Below, in pieces: positions 12,117 to 24,340 of a stretch of DNA of 64,000 nt. The stretch lies in contig NC_135251.1 in the NCBI RefSeq assembly GCF_964204865.1, positions 10,044,001-10,108,000 on the forward strand, read 5' to 3'. Origin of the DNA: Styela clava. Lineage: Eukaryota. Both the position numbers and the translations under genes were made by a program. The stretch's first letter is position 1. Every line of letters starts with the position of its first letter. Below the pieces are notes generated by a model that saw only the letters and a list, made by a program, of their open reading frames with translations, was not told the origin of the DNA and did not search any database.

Positions 12117-12627
12117 GTGAATTATGACATAATTGTTAATAGTTTACTCGTCATTTACAAGATGAGGTACAACACAATGTACTACCAGATGATTCCAAAT
12201 AAGTAATATTTCATAAATTTAGGGGAAATATCTGAATTATTTGCAGGGATGTATCTACGCAAAAGTTTAAAAATGCGCCTCCCTGATGGTATACTACTTA
12301 ATCAATAAAAGAAATTCGTCTGAATAAGATAGAAGCCTATCGAGTCTGACCAGCAAAGCAAGTATGTAATCGGGTTCTTTTAATTTTAATCGTATAATTA
12401 GGTTCAATCTAAAGATCGTTGTTTGGTTGAACAAATCCCTTGGTCAAAAAAAAACAATACCAAAAACTCACAAAATAATGAAATTTTTAACTACTCGGTT
12501 AAGGTTTGGGTCGAGAATGAAGATTGCGCTGGAAATTCAAATTTTAAAATTGTTCCTAACCCTAACTAGTTACTGATTTGTTATTTTAAAACTTGGCGGA
12601 AGTGTTTTTATCAAATCTCATAATTTG

Positions 12628-12820
12628 GGGTACTCCTGAAGTACACGTACCATGGCGGACACCGGAACGTAGAATGTGTACCAGGTCAGGGTTAGGCTAT
12701 GACTTTATTGCAATTTTCCTTTTTTTAGTTCTTTTTGGAGTTCTAGGACTAGCCATGTGACTCCCGTAGTACTTGTACCTAAAATTATGGCCTAACCTGG
12801 TACACATGATATGGTGTCCA
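12628..12820. mobile_element. MITE variant of the CGGTACTCC family, with an internal inverted repeat
   Basis: Starts GGGTACTCCTGAAGTA..ATGGCGGACACCGGAACGTAG. Internal IR GTGTACCAGG..TTAGG / CCTAACCTGGTACAC. Confidence 0.55.
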
Positions 12821-13135
12821 TTTTTGTAATATTTTCGAGTGCTTTTTACAAAATATCCCAATTTAGTATGCTAAAAATAGCGCTGTTTGACATTTAACTA
12901 CATGTTACACCTTGTTCAATTTTTATTTTCATCGTATATACCTCGCAAATAACAAAGATTATTTAATAAAATAGCGCAGAAAAAGTTGTTGGGTGAAATC
13001 ATGACAGAGGTCTAACTCTTGTCACAAGATATTATGTATTCTAATTTACTGCTAACAAAAAACGTAACAATTGACGTTGATTTATAACTATAGCTTTTGC
13101 TTAGAAATTAGCAAATAACGTAGCCACAGAATTTT

Positions 13136-13319
13136 TGGTACTCCCGAAATATGTGTACCAAGATGGCGGACACTGGAACGTAGTATGTGTACCAGATTAG
13201 GGTTTGGCCATAATTTTGTTCCAATACTCCTATTATAGGTATATTACGTGTTCGGGTACTAGCCGAGTGTATTTCCGTAGTATTTGTACCAGGAATTATG
13301 GCCTAATTCGGGAATACTG
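13136..13319. mobile_element. MITE, CGGTACTCC family (older copy at the same position of the duplicated unit)
   Basis: Collinear with 14653-14835; TIRs degraded (TGGTACTCCCGAAATA / AATTCGGGAATACTG). Confidence 0.7.
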
Positions 13320-14652
13320 TCTTTTTTGTATATCTCTACACCGATAATACTTTTTGTTTGATTTGGTATACACTTGGGTATATAGTATAACCCGTTAAAT
13401 ATCACTGCACTAAAAGAACATTCCAAATAAGTAATAGTTCCGATTGTTTTGGAAATCTGCTTCATTTTGTTTTATATTGAGTTATCTTATAGCAGAAAAA
13501 CTGCATTTCTTCGTTCGTCTTTTGTTTAGTTCAAGCAACAATTCCCGCCTATAAATTTTCTATGGCAAAGTCTGTTAGAACTAGACCATTTTCATTTCGT
13601 AGAATCGCACCTTGCAGTTGACTATTCCGCCCAACATAGCCGTAATTTAGCGTTAAAAAGTAGCAACAATCATTCTAAACAACCCTTTCTGGAGCAATAA
13701 CCAGTGAATATGGCGTAATGAGCACGACACTGTCGATACGGTGTTTTTTGACCTAGGTTCGATTAAACCGAACCCCTGGGGTCGATCTGTTCAAGGTGTT
13801 CTATGAAGGTCCTCTGAAATAATTTTATGCCATGAAATCTTTCCATTACATGGTTTTTTACTTATGTAAAATTTTCTATATTCCACCACAGATATCCAAA
13901 CTTCCACGTTTAGCTGTTTAATTTGGAATTAGTGATCGGGAACAATACGAGTTTCAAATATATCTAATTTGAAATTATTTATTGTAACAATTTACGATTA
14001 GAACTTTTTATTCTTTTTGCGCCGCAATCCAGAATTGTCAATGGTAGAAGCTATACCTGCCATACCCTCGATATACGTCACTGTTAATTTGAGAATGAAC
14101 TAAAGCTACATTTAATTTTAGCTTTCTAAGACACCGCTTGAAAGTTAGAAAGACAGTACATCATTTCATCAAAGGAAATGCCTCGTCATTTGTCTGTTAT
14201 TTATCACTGATCAATTTGAATGTCTATCGAACCTGGCCAGTATGCAAAGCAAGTATGTAATCGAAATATTTTGATTTTTCCCAGTTTGATTTGCATATTC
14301 AGGATAAACCTAAGGATCTTTTGCACAACCTCTATACATTGCGCGGGAAATTGAAAAAAATTCAATTTGTTTTTAACCCTAACTAAATAGTCACTAATTT
14401 GGAACTTAGTGTCAAAGTTTTTGTACAAAAGATCCCAATCTAAAGTACTAAAATATTGCTCCTGAATCTTTTACTTTTACTACGTGGTACATATTTTTCA
14501 ATTTTTTTTTGTACGTTCCTCGCAAATAACAATGGTTATTTAATAATATAAAGTAGAAAAAGTTGTTTGGTGAAATCATGACAGAAGACTTACTCTTGTC
14601 ACAACTACAGCTTTTGCTTAGAAATTAGCGAATACCGTAGCCACAGACTTTT

Positions 14653-14835
14653 CGGTACTCCAGAAGTATGTCTACTAAGATGGCGGACACTGGAACGTAG
14701 TATGTGTACCAGATTAAGGTTAGACCATAATTTTGTTCCAATACCCATATTTTAGATCTATTACGAGCTCTGGGACTATCCGAGTGACTTCTGTAGTATT
14801 TGTACCAGAAATTATCTCTTACTTCGGGAGTACCG
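14653..14835. mobile_element. 183-bp MITE with 16-bp TIRs and a 6-bp TSD (ACTTTT)
   Basis: TIRs CGGTACTCCAGAAGTA / TACTTCGGGAGTACCG. ACTTTT at 14647-14652 and 14836-14841. Empty paralogous site at ~15905-15925. Confidence 0.85.
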
Positions 14836-16302
14836 ACTTTTCTGTATATCGCCCCGCCTATAGTTTTACTTGTTTGTATACCCGGGTTCTGATTTGGTGT
14901 ACATTTAGGTATATAGTAGTATATCCGGTTAAATATCTCTGCACTAAAAGAAAATTTTCAATATAATAACTGTATTTTTTTGGGAAATCTGAGTCAAATT
15001 TTATTCTTATATATTGAGTATATGCTTATTTTATAGCAGAAAAACTGCATTTCTTTGTTCGTCTTTTCTATAGTTTAAGGAACAATGCGCAAGCAACGAG
15101 TTTCAATTACATCTAATTTGAAATTATTTGTTGTAACAATTTAGGATTAAAACTTTTCACTCTTTTTGCGTCGCAGTCCTAAGCTAAATACACCTCTGAT
15201 AATTTTAGAATGAACTAAAAATACATTCAATTTCAGCCTTTTAAGAAACTGCTTTAACGTTAGAAAGACGGTACATCAACTTCATCACAAGAATTTCGTC
15301 GTGGTCATTTGTCTGGTATTCATCACTGAGCAAGATGAGAGCCTATCGAGTCCGGCCAGCAGAGCAAGTATGTAATCAAAATCTTTTGAGTCTTTCAATA
15401 CCATTTTCATATTTAGGATCAAATTAACGATCTTTTGTACACCCCCTCCCCCGGTGAAAACAAAACACCCCCGCTATCGTTCAGAATAATAAATATGTAA
15501 TTATTCTGTCAGGGTTTGGGTCAGAAATGCAGATTCTGCTGGAAAGATAAATTTACAATAACTAGATAATTATTTATTTTAAAACTTGGCGCAAGTGGTT
15601 TTTATCAAATATCACATTTTTGCATTGGTGTCAAGTGCTTTGTACGAAAGATCCTAATCTAGTACACTAAAATAGTGCTCTTGAACCTTTTACTACGTGT
15701 TACATATTTTTCAATTTTGATTTTCTTTGTATGTACCTTGCAAACAACGAAGGTTATTTAATAGTTTAAAATAGAAAAAAGTTGTTTAGCAAAGTCACGA
15801 CAGATGTGTTGCTCTTGTAAAAAGATATATTGTGTGCTAAATTAACAAACCACCTCAAAATTAACGTTGATTTGTGACTATAGATTGTACTCAGAAATAA
15901 CGTAGCCGCAGACTTTTTCTTCGTATCTCTCCGCAAATAAATATTTTTCTGCATAATATGGTTTCTACCCGATCATGTAATTCATCTCTTAAAATTTGTG
16001 GCCGTGGATGGATAAATCGTTTGTAATTTTCGGGCGATTCTGCGACAAAATTATTCTTTTTGTATATTGAGTATAATCTTATCTTGTAGCAGTAAGATTA
16101 CATTTCTTCGTTCGTTCTCTCCTGTTTAAGCACTAATGCGCTCATATATATAACCAGACCATTTCAACTCGTAGAATCGCCCCATCGATTTAACTATTCT
16201 GCCCAACAAAAAACCGTAATTTGGCGTTAAAAGATAGCAACAATCATTCTGAACAACCCATTAACTAAAGCAATATTCCTAGTTGTGTCCTATAGTCTGA
16301 TG

Positions 16303-17220
16303 TGGAGATGTACGGGTGTATCGGTATCGGCAATAACGACCAATTTTTTGACATTAGTATTGTATCGGTATCGGCTAAATGTATTCCGATATTTCCGATA
16401 TATTTAGCTTTTATATAATCGAAAATGTTTTAAAATTCAAGTGTATCTGAACTATAAGCCATGCACATTCCCACCCCCGCGAATGGGATTCGGACTTGTT
16501 TTTAGCTATTTCAGCCAAACTAGTTAATATAGGATAATTTACTGCCAAAATTTTATATCGACATTTTAAATATTACATACATTAGGAGGAAATTTTAAAA
16601 TTAGTGGATTTTGGAATATGTAAAATACAAAATACGACGTTGTGCGAAAAGTTTTTTAATTGAATGCCGTGATCACTAGCGTCAGTTTAGAATGCACTCG
16701 AACCAATTAACGCGTCCCGATCGCAAACATCAACTTCTTTTCATGTGATATATTTATTTTTCAATCTTAAATGATGTGTTTTATGAATAATGTACAAAGA
16801 AATTTTGTGACTAATGCAAAAAAAATTTTAAATTTGAGAAAGCACCACGTTTTGAAAAAAAATCGGAGAAAAACGGAAATTTCCATGAAACTGTCAGCGC
16901 ACTTATACGGGCAACTTACGAAAAAAGCCCACTCTTTCGAAAGATGATGTTTTTTTCTGTTATGTTGTCTGGTAATGATTTGGTAGTACGCAAAGTATCC
17001 AATTGGCGACTAATCAGAATCTACTTATAATGTCTTGTGTATTAATTTAATTGTCAGTTTGATGTAACCTGAGGTAGCGCCCACAAAAGAACATTTCTAC
17101 GAAATATCGCGGTAACCCACGGCCATAAAAAGTATTTCAAACTGCATATTGCCCGATTATATTTAGTTTTGATTTGTATTTTCGTAATGTTACTAATAAA
17201 GTGGTATCGGTACATCTCAA
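16303..17220. mobile_element. Old non-autonomous hAT (Ac-type) element
   Basis: Imperfect TIRs GAGATGTAC / GTACATCTC with subterminal GTATCGGTATCGGC repeats. No TSD recognisable. Confidence 0.5.
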
Positions 17221-18874
17221 TGAAACATGCACAATTGTTTACAATAAAGGTAGTTAAATTAATTAATATTATTTATGTCATATTTTGTCCATACTATTAT
17301 TGCGGAGCACTGGTCAAGCTTGTGCGTGCACCGAAAAAATACACAGAATGAAACAAATTCATAGAAATATAAGGAAAAGATGAAATTATAATTAGATGAC
17401 AAATTGTGCGTATTTGTTGAGAGCTGTGGTTGAAAGTTTGATTTGTTAATTTGACTAGTTTATTCGCAGTCGTTTCTTCGTAAAGCTTTTTGCGTTTAAT
17501 ATTTTTTTTTCTGTCAAGACGCCTGACTATTTTTTACATTTTTATTTTTGTTGGTATAAGACAGTCCCTGCTAGTGGGAATGATTTAAACGCATTTCCCC
17601 AATATAACATGTTTCATTTTGTCGCTGTCGCATATTTTTTTTAATTTTTTAATTTTCATTCGGTTCCTAACATTTGATTAATTGAAATAGAAGAGTGCAA
17701 GTTAAGTGTAGCGTTTAGAACACAACAGGTGTATTCCTATTTTGAAGTTTGATATTGACGTGAATACAATTTTATATTTGCTCACACTAAAATACGTTTA
17801 TAGCTCGTGAATTGTTTGTGGCTGTGTTTGCCGTTTATTTATTCATTCCATGTTGGCTAGCAATAAGCACTTTAAAAAATGTTTATGCATGCTTTAGTCT
17901 TTGAGAAAGAGTAGGGTATATATTTTTGAATATACTTGTATATAACGAATATACTGACGAACTTTAGTGTAAAGTCTGATTTGTTCGAATCATCTTTTTA
18001 AATCAGGGGTGTGCAACTTTTTTCGCAGATATCAATACCTGGGTAAAACCGCGGGCCGCATCTTAAAATACCCTTATCAATAAAAATCGTCTGGATTCGT
18101 TTCCAAATATTTGCTGTTAAATCTTATATTAGATTTGATATAGACAAAATTAACTGACAGACTGGAACCAAATCTCATTTAGCTTTTGTATCTCTTAATA
18201 TTAATTTTGTTTAAACTGCTCTTCCATTGCCTAATCTCAATTGCCAGTTTTTCAAATCATCTGTTGAATCTTTTTTTTTATAAATTTATCAAAGATTTTG
18301 AAATCTATTCAATCAAAAAGTTTTGCTTTTACCCCTCAATTATTATGAAATTTATAAAAAGTATTTGAAATTAAACATTTGCCCTTACCGAACAAGCATT
18401 TGACCATAGCAATTTGTTGCAACTTGCGTAAACGTTCAAAATGACATACTTTCAAGGAGACTCTTGAGCACTGAACTTGCTTCGCTCTTTAAAATTCGTT
18501 GTTTTAAGTTTACTTTTTGTAAGTCTGACTTCTCAGAATACGCAGTCCGTATGTCGGTCAGTCGACAATTCAGGTGTTCAAAGCACTTTTCGTTTTTCGT
18601 CTCGGGAAAATATATAATAATTGTAAGAAAGTATATATTGACTTGTTGTCTGTTGATTCACCTATAAATTTGAATTACAAATTCGTCAAATTAGTTTTAA
18701 ATACTCGACCCAGATTTGTTTGGAAGCCAGTAAGTTCGAACTTTTATTTATATCATTCAAAAAAAATGATAACTAAAGTATGTATATATATATATATATT
18801 TTTTTCCATACGAACGTTCTTTTATGTAAATTTGATCAGACGATTGGAATATTCAGGAAAACATGATTTTTCAG

Positions 18875-19433
18875 ACCTCAGTAAATAATACTATTATGAT
18901 AAATATATGACTACAAATGAAGTACAATCTTATTATCAATATATAGGTATTTTGAATGTGTACAAAGTATTAGTAAAATGTTAATTGAAAAAATTGAAAA
19001 TGTGAAAATATTCGTGTTCAAAATATTCACAAATTTTAACTTTATTTTTTTCAATCAGATGCCACATTTTCGCAAAATTTCGGAAGAATTACTGAGGGTG
19101 AGGTATGGTTAAAATTATTAACAATTAAATAGACAAAATCTGCAAGTTTATTCAGAGTTGAATTACAGCATGTTTTGAATGAATGTATATCTACATACAA
19201 ATATATTTTTTTGTGTGGTTCACTTTGTTTTTAAAAAGTATTGAAAGCAAATATTTAAGAAAAATTAATAAATTGGAATATTTAAAGTTATTTCTTGATA
19301 CTTTTTAAATATTTGACTTTTAGATATTAAAGCCAACCGCATGTTGGACTACAATGCTAGGAAGGCACAAAGCGGAATTGATGCGTATTACTCTAATCCT
19401 CTAGTCACAGGCACAAGTCACAGGTTTCATTGA
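18875..19433 (+). pseudogene. Family paralogue G (exons 3-5 only; in-frame stop)
   Basis: Phase-1 exons: 18875-18946 (xLSK*YYYDKYMTTNEVQSYYQYI), 19059-19097 (DATFSQNFGRITE), 19324-19433 (DIKANRMLDYNARKAQSGIDAYYSNPLVTGTSHRFH*). The exon-5 NR-x5-A-x3-Q motif matches the family. Exons 1-2 were not identified. Confidence 0.7.
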
Positions 19434-21112
19434 TGTCTATTTTGGATAGTATCCATGTTTCCGAATTTTCAGATTTACTTTTCATATAATGTTTTTTGAT
19501 TAGATATTTACAATATGATGAGAAACAGAAAAAAATACACTGTTTTTTACCAAATGCATTGGAAAGTTGAATTGTGAGATCAGCATATCATACTTGCACT
19601 TTTCAATTTCATTTCAGTTTTATTTCTAAGTTATTTTTTACTTTGAAAGCCGTTGAAATTTCCGAATTCATTTTTCTGAAGATGGGGAGTTATCAGCCTG
19701 CTATATATTTATTGCCTATTGCCCTTTTTCATAAGGAGGTCATCTAAAAAAGATTGTGCGAAAAAACTCCGAAAATACGCAGACCTATTTATGGACAAAG
19801 GAAACAGTTAAATATATTCAGAAACAATATAGGATCATATTGGCGATTAGGTATATTTATTGACAGTGCGAGTCAACGCTATCAAGAATACAACAATATA
19901 TCAATATAAGGCGGTATATTTTACAAACTGGTTTGAATGTCTGAAATATTTGAGAGATAATTTAACGAGACAGACATTTACTACAGTCGCACCCTTATGC
20001 ATTAACACACTCAGACGCACTTTTATGCAATAACACACTCCATGAAAAATTGATTTTTTTCATCTATTTCACATGTAGTATGATGTAGAGAACAAAAAAT
20101 AACATGAAATCTGGAATTGTTTTCTGAAGTGAAAACATTAGGAACGTTTTCACACTGCTTGCATGAGCAACATGTACATAGTATTCAACAGATTGAAATA
20201 ACGAGAATATCACATGAACGAGTTAGCAGCAATCGTAGACCGCCCACTTATCGATCTAGCGGCGTGTATCCTTCGCTCTGACTTAATAGCGACACGGAAT
20301 AATACACATCCCAAGCGAGAAACGAACAATTCATTTTCAAATATTTAGGTCGATCTTATATTATATCATTGATTAATATTAATTATTAGTGTTTATTAGA
20401 AATATAAAAATGAGAATAAAATTTACTTTATAAATTTACGAGCCGAAGATATACAGGGTATTTTGCTTATTATAATTTCGTTAGAAATGACTATTCAAGT
20501 TTTAGAAACTTATGTCTGATGTCCTTCATCGAAAACATTTGTTGGTTCAAGAAGTGTTGTACCACTGATTTGTATTATTCAAACCAAAATTGCTGGAGGA
20601 AGAAAAAACAATTTCGAGACCTCACTCTTTAATTTTAGTCCGACCATGTAGATACGCATATATTAAGCAACATACATAAAAAGGGTAGCGCTTTATTATT
20701 ATTTAGAAATTGGATTCTTTTATTTGAATTATAATAATTCGAGAACTCACTCTTTAATATTTCTTGGCTCGACTACCTAGATACGCATAAATAAAGCAAC
20801 CTAAAAGTGATTTGTTGATTGAAGAAAAAAGTTATGAACCAGTAACATTGAAAAATGTTACGCTGCAAAAACCTCAGTGTCAAAAATTATTGAAAAATGG
20901 TTAAGCAGGAAGGGTATTTGTCCATATTTAATAGTTGAGAACCACATATTTCGTACGCACAAGAGATGAAAAGTATTGACTAATATACAGTTTAATTTTT
21001 ATTGTTACTAACTGTGACAATTTAGTCGTGTTCTCAGCGTTTATCACACATATTTATGATATTTATTTCTGCTTACAATTAAATGATGTCGTGAAATTTA
21101 CAACTTATTTCA

Positions 21113-21160
21113 GATAATCGGAAAAACGTATAACGAACTATTTCCTTATTGCGTCATTAA
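21113..21160 (+). promoter_or_regulatory. Conserved proximal promoter module of the five-exon family (copy upstream of gene A)
   Basis: ATCGGAAAAACGTA...ATTTCC...TGCGTCA. Equivalents at ~24232 (B), ~27950 (C) and ~35692 minus (D). CGGAAA.ACG also at ~49389 (E) and ~52469 (F), minus strand. Always 96-110 bp before the ATG. Confidence 0.65.
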
Positions 21161-21225
21161 CTGAAAGTAAACAGATATTCAGGAGTTAACCAGCTTTACT
21201 TCGATATGTAACTTCGTATCACAAT

Positions 21226-22748
21226 ATGCTTAAATTTTTGTTTGTTATGATAGTATGTCAAGCTTACTCTTGTACAAGTTTGAGAGCACCTTCGATTTTA
21301 TGTGAGTACACAATCCAAATTATTTAAAAAAAATGTGTCGAATCGTCGAATTATATTTATATTCATATTTAGTGCGCTGTGAATTCCAATATATGTTTTC
21401 AATTACAATCGACCATTCGAGTTTATGAGCTTTTATATGCCAATAAACCCACGTTAGTTCCCGAATAATCTTCAAAAGATTTGATAAGAGAGAATTGTTT
21501 TTAATTTGCAGTTCAACCTTTTTATTAAAATTTTATATATTCTAGAATTAGCGTTTAGTGTTGTTTAACTTTTTTATTTGTGTATTTTCAGCAATAGACG
21601 CGGATGGAAATAGTTATTTCAATGTAATAAATAACTGGCATGGAAGTTCTTCATGTGAGTAAAATGATGGATGTAGAAAGGATTGCGTCTTTTAATGAAA
21701 GAATTAAACCACTTACTAAAATGAAATACTTTTTAAGGACGTTTGGTATATTGGTGGCAGTATATTTAAAATCTCTAATATAATATATTTTGTAAACCAA
21801 ATTACTAATCAGATTTTATTTTTTATTGAAATGATAAATATGTTATTTTTTCTGAAATTTGAAATGTTTTTAGCCAGTTGAAATTTATCATTTTTTAGTT
21901 CTGGCTGACCGAACAACTCATCCTGAAATGATTGGTTCATATGTATTTAACCTAGGATTTGTAAATGGTGAGCTTTATTCCAACTTATAGGTAAATACGC
22001 ATTATAGATGATGATTTGCTGATTACTTTGAATATTTACTACATTGCCTCACTTGTATTACTTTGAAGTTCATGACAATTTAAGTTACGACGAATAATAT
22101 GTAACGACAATGCATTATGGCATATAGCCTATGTCAAAACATTGAAAGTTTGTTCAAATCAAAAAATATAATAAAAGCAGTATCATTTTGCTAATTTGGT
22201 TTAATTGATATTTTATTCGAGCATGGCAACATATATTCTTAGCATGAATTTGGAATCAAAATATTTGTTTTCAGACGCATCTCTAACCTTCAATGATGAT
22301 TTATCTAATCAAATTAAAGGTATTGCATGAAAATATAAATTAATTGGAAGAGCGGAGTCGTAATTTTTTAGCAAATTTTGAATGGGGTCGAAGATGGCTG
22401 CTATATATTTATACGACACTACGAATAAAACATGCTTATATTCGCTTCTTAATTTTCATATCTGATTTATCATTCCCATCAATGTTACATCCTGCCCGAC
22501 TGCCAAAATAGCCCAATTAGCTTATTCAATTCTTGCAACAAAATGAAGTCATCTTTAACTCAAAAAAAAAAGTTGCAAGCACTGTTACAGAATAATGGTG
22601 AACAAATAATAATAATAAAATATATGTAGTTTACTAAAACAATAAAACAACCTTTTTAGTGGCACAAGTCAATCGTGATGCTGGAATCAGAGCAATGCAA
22701 CTGCAACATGATTTTGATTGGGATAATTTTTTCGATTCACGATCATGA
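21226..22748 (+). CDS. Family paralogue A: intact 113-aa secreted protein, unknown family
   Basis: Exons 21226-21301, 21592-21654, 21899-21967, 22275-22319, 22660-22748; all GT-AG, phase 1. MLKFLFVMIVCQAYSCTSLRAPSIL-SIDADGNSYFNVINNWHGSSS-FLADRTTHPEMIGSYVFNLGFVN-DASLTFNDDLSNQIK-VAQVNRDAGIRAMQLQHDFDWDNFFDSRS*. Confidence 0.9.
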
Positions 22749-23399
22749 TGTAACTTCCACTATTACTGTAGAAAAACAATATTTATTTAATTTTAAACAT
22801 TCATTATATAAACGTTTTTCGTTCTCTAAAGCAAAATGAAATGTAAAACAATCGGGCTTTTTGTATTATGGATATTGTATTATATACGTATTAGTCGAAA
22901 TATCAATTAAGATTTAGCAATGCAAATCAATCAACAAAGATCAGTCATTTTTTTTTCTTTCGATGCTTTTCGATATTGGTGTAGCACATTAATATCTCGA
23001 ACCCAAACATGATGTCCAATATTTTCCTCAGTTAAACCTTTGGTAGGTTTTTCTCATATTCTGAATATGTTTTCAGCTTTATTCACATTGAACAAGTTTA
23101 TGTTTGAAACTTTAGTAAAACAAATTGATAAGCCAAAAGCACGAATAGGAGTGTAAATTAATTTGCCCCAATGAAAAAAAAATAAAAAGTATTGGCGTAG
23201 AAACTAATATAACCTTCAATTTTATTTAGAAACATGAGTTACAGTCTATATTTAAAAAAAAAAAAAAAAAGGAACCGCCGTTGTAGGCAGGGCTCTGTAA
23301 AAGGCAGTACAATCAAATTCTACTTTGCAAATCAGTAGCATAATTCTGTGTAAATACTGCAAAAATTGAATTACTAACTTATTAGCCAATCAGTTGTTA

Positions 23400-24170
23400 C
23401 TATAATGAAGGATTCTTTTTTGCTTTCCTCATCACGAGTCGTTGTTTTATTCATTATGATCTTATCAGTGTTTTGCAGATGTTGCCAGATTCGTTACCCA
23501 ATAAATCATGTGAGCGATGTTGAACAAAGCTTCAGCTACTACAGTGATTAAAGATTAGTCAAAATACTTTTCTGGTTGTCTTTGACATACGACGGTATTA
23601 CTTTCTTGCACATAAGGTCGGTTAACTATATATGTCGAAAGTTTTTCTGTTGCGGTTCCATTTGCTGATATGATTGGGCGACAAGGATAATTTTCCTTAT
23701 TGACTTTTAGCTGTGAGCGTAGACGGCCTGGTTTGGGATTTTTCGGAATCATCGCTTCGAACAGTCTATTATCTATTACGCCGGCTTCTTTCATATTATG
23801 ACATAATTTGGTCACATTATTTCCAATTTGTCTAGAGATGTCTTTAAGATTGTATTCGTACACCAGACTAACAGCTAGATGCCGCATGCCTTCAGTGATA
23901 TAATATGATCGAGAAAGAATGCACGTACCCCCACCTTTGTCAGCAGGTACGGTCACAATATATCTTGCTTTTTTTTATTCGAGCTTTTTCAAAGCGTGGA
24001 ATTTGTCTTTTTTGAGATTTGAGAACGTGCGTATTTATGATGCTCCTTTGTTAGTTTCTCGTTTAGGGTGTTGGCATAGTCATTCATATCTGAATTTCGT
24101 CCCCGAGGGAGGTTTCCATAGAAGTCTGACCTCGGTCAGACGAAACGTTACAGAAATACTTTTGTGTTAG
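23400..24170 (-). mobile_element. Penelope-like retroelement reverse-transcriptase relic
   Basis: ORF 23555-23956 contains PADKGGG..I and LKVNK..YPCRPIISANG..TEKLS. These match the ADKG and PK(I/V)HK..RPII(S) motifs of PLE RTs. Stops and frameshifts occur on both sides. Confidence 0.85.
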
Positions 24171-24340
24171 TGTGCAGCAAGACTAATGAATTGAATAGAA
24201 TACGTGTTTACAAAGATGCTATTTTCCGATTATCGGAAAGACGTACAATAAATAATTTCCTCTGTGCGTCAACAACTGGATGTAGAACTGCTCATATTCA
24301 GGAGCTAATTAGCTTTACTTGGCAAGCTTCGTATAACAAT

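Larger units (their letters stand above)
12330..16260. repeat. Diverged tandem segmental triplication (units of 1-2 kb)
   Basis: Collinear landmarks recur: CCTATCGAGTC..CCAGCA.AGCAAGTATGTAATC at ~12335, ~14222, ~15341; AGAAAAAGTTGTT..GTGAAATCATGACAGA at ~12978, ~14555, ~15773; CGTAGCCACAGA at ~13119, ~14637, ~15901. Confidence 0.85.

Noticed and set aside
17807-17860. Candidate exon 1 of paralogue G (VNCLWLCLPFIYSFHVG)
   Set aside because: No ATG, no GT donor in phase, and no CGGAAA motif upstream.
18004-18730. hAT end plus minus-strand transposase-like words (HFERL, RF..FEKL, RLTD)
   Set aside because: It is probably TE debris, but the motifs are short, interrupted and in the wrong order, so it was not called.
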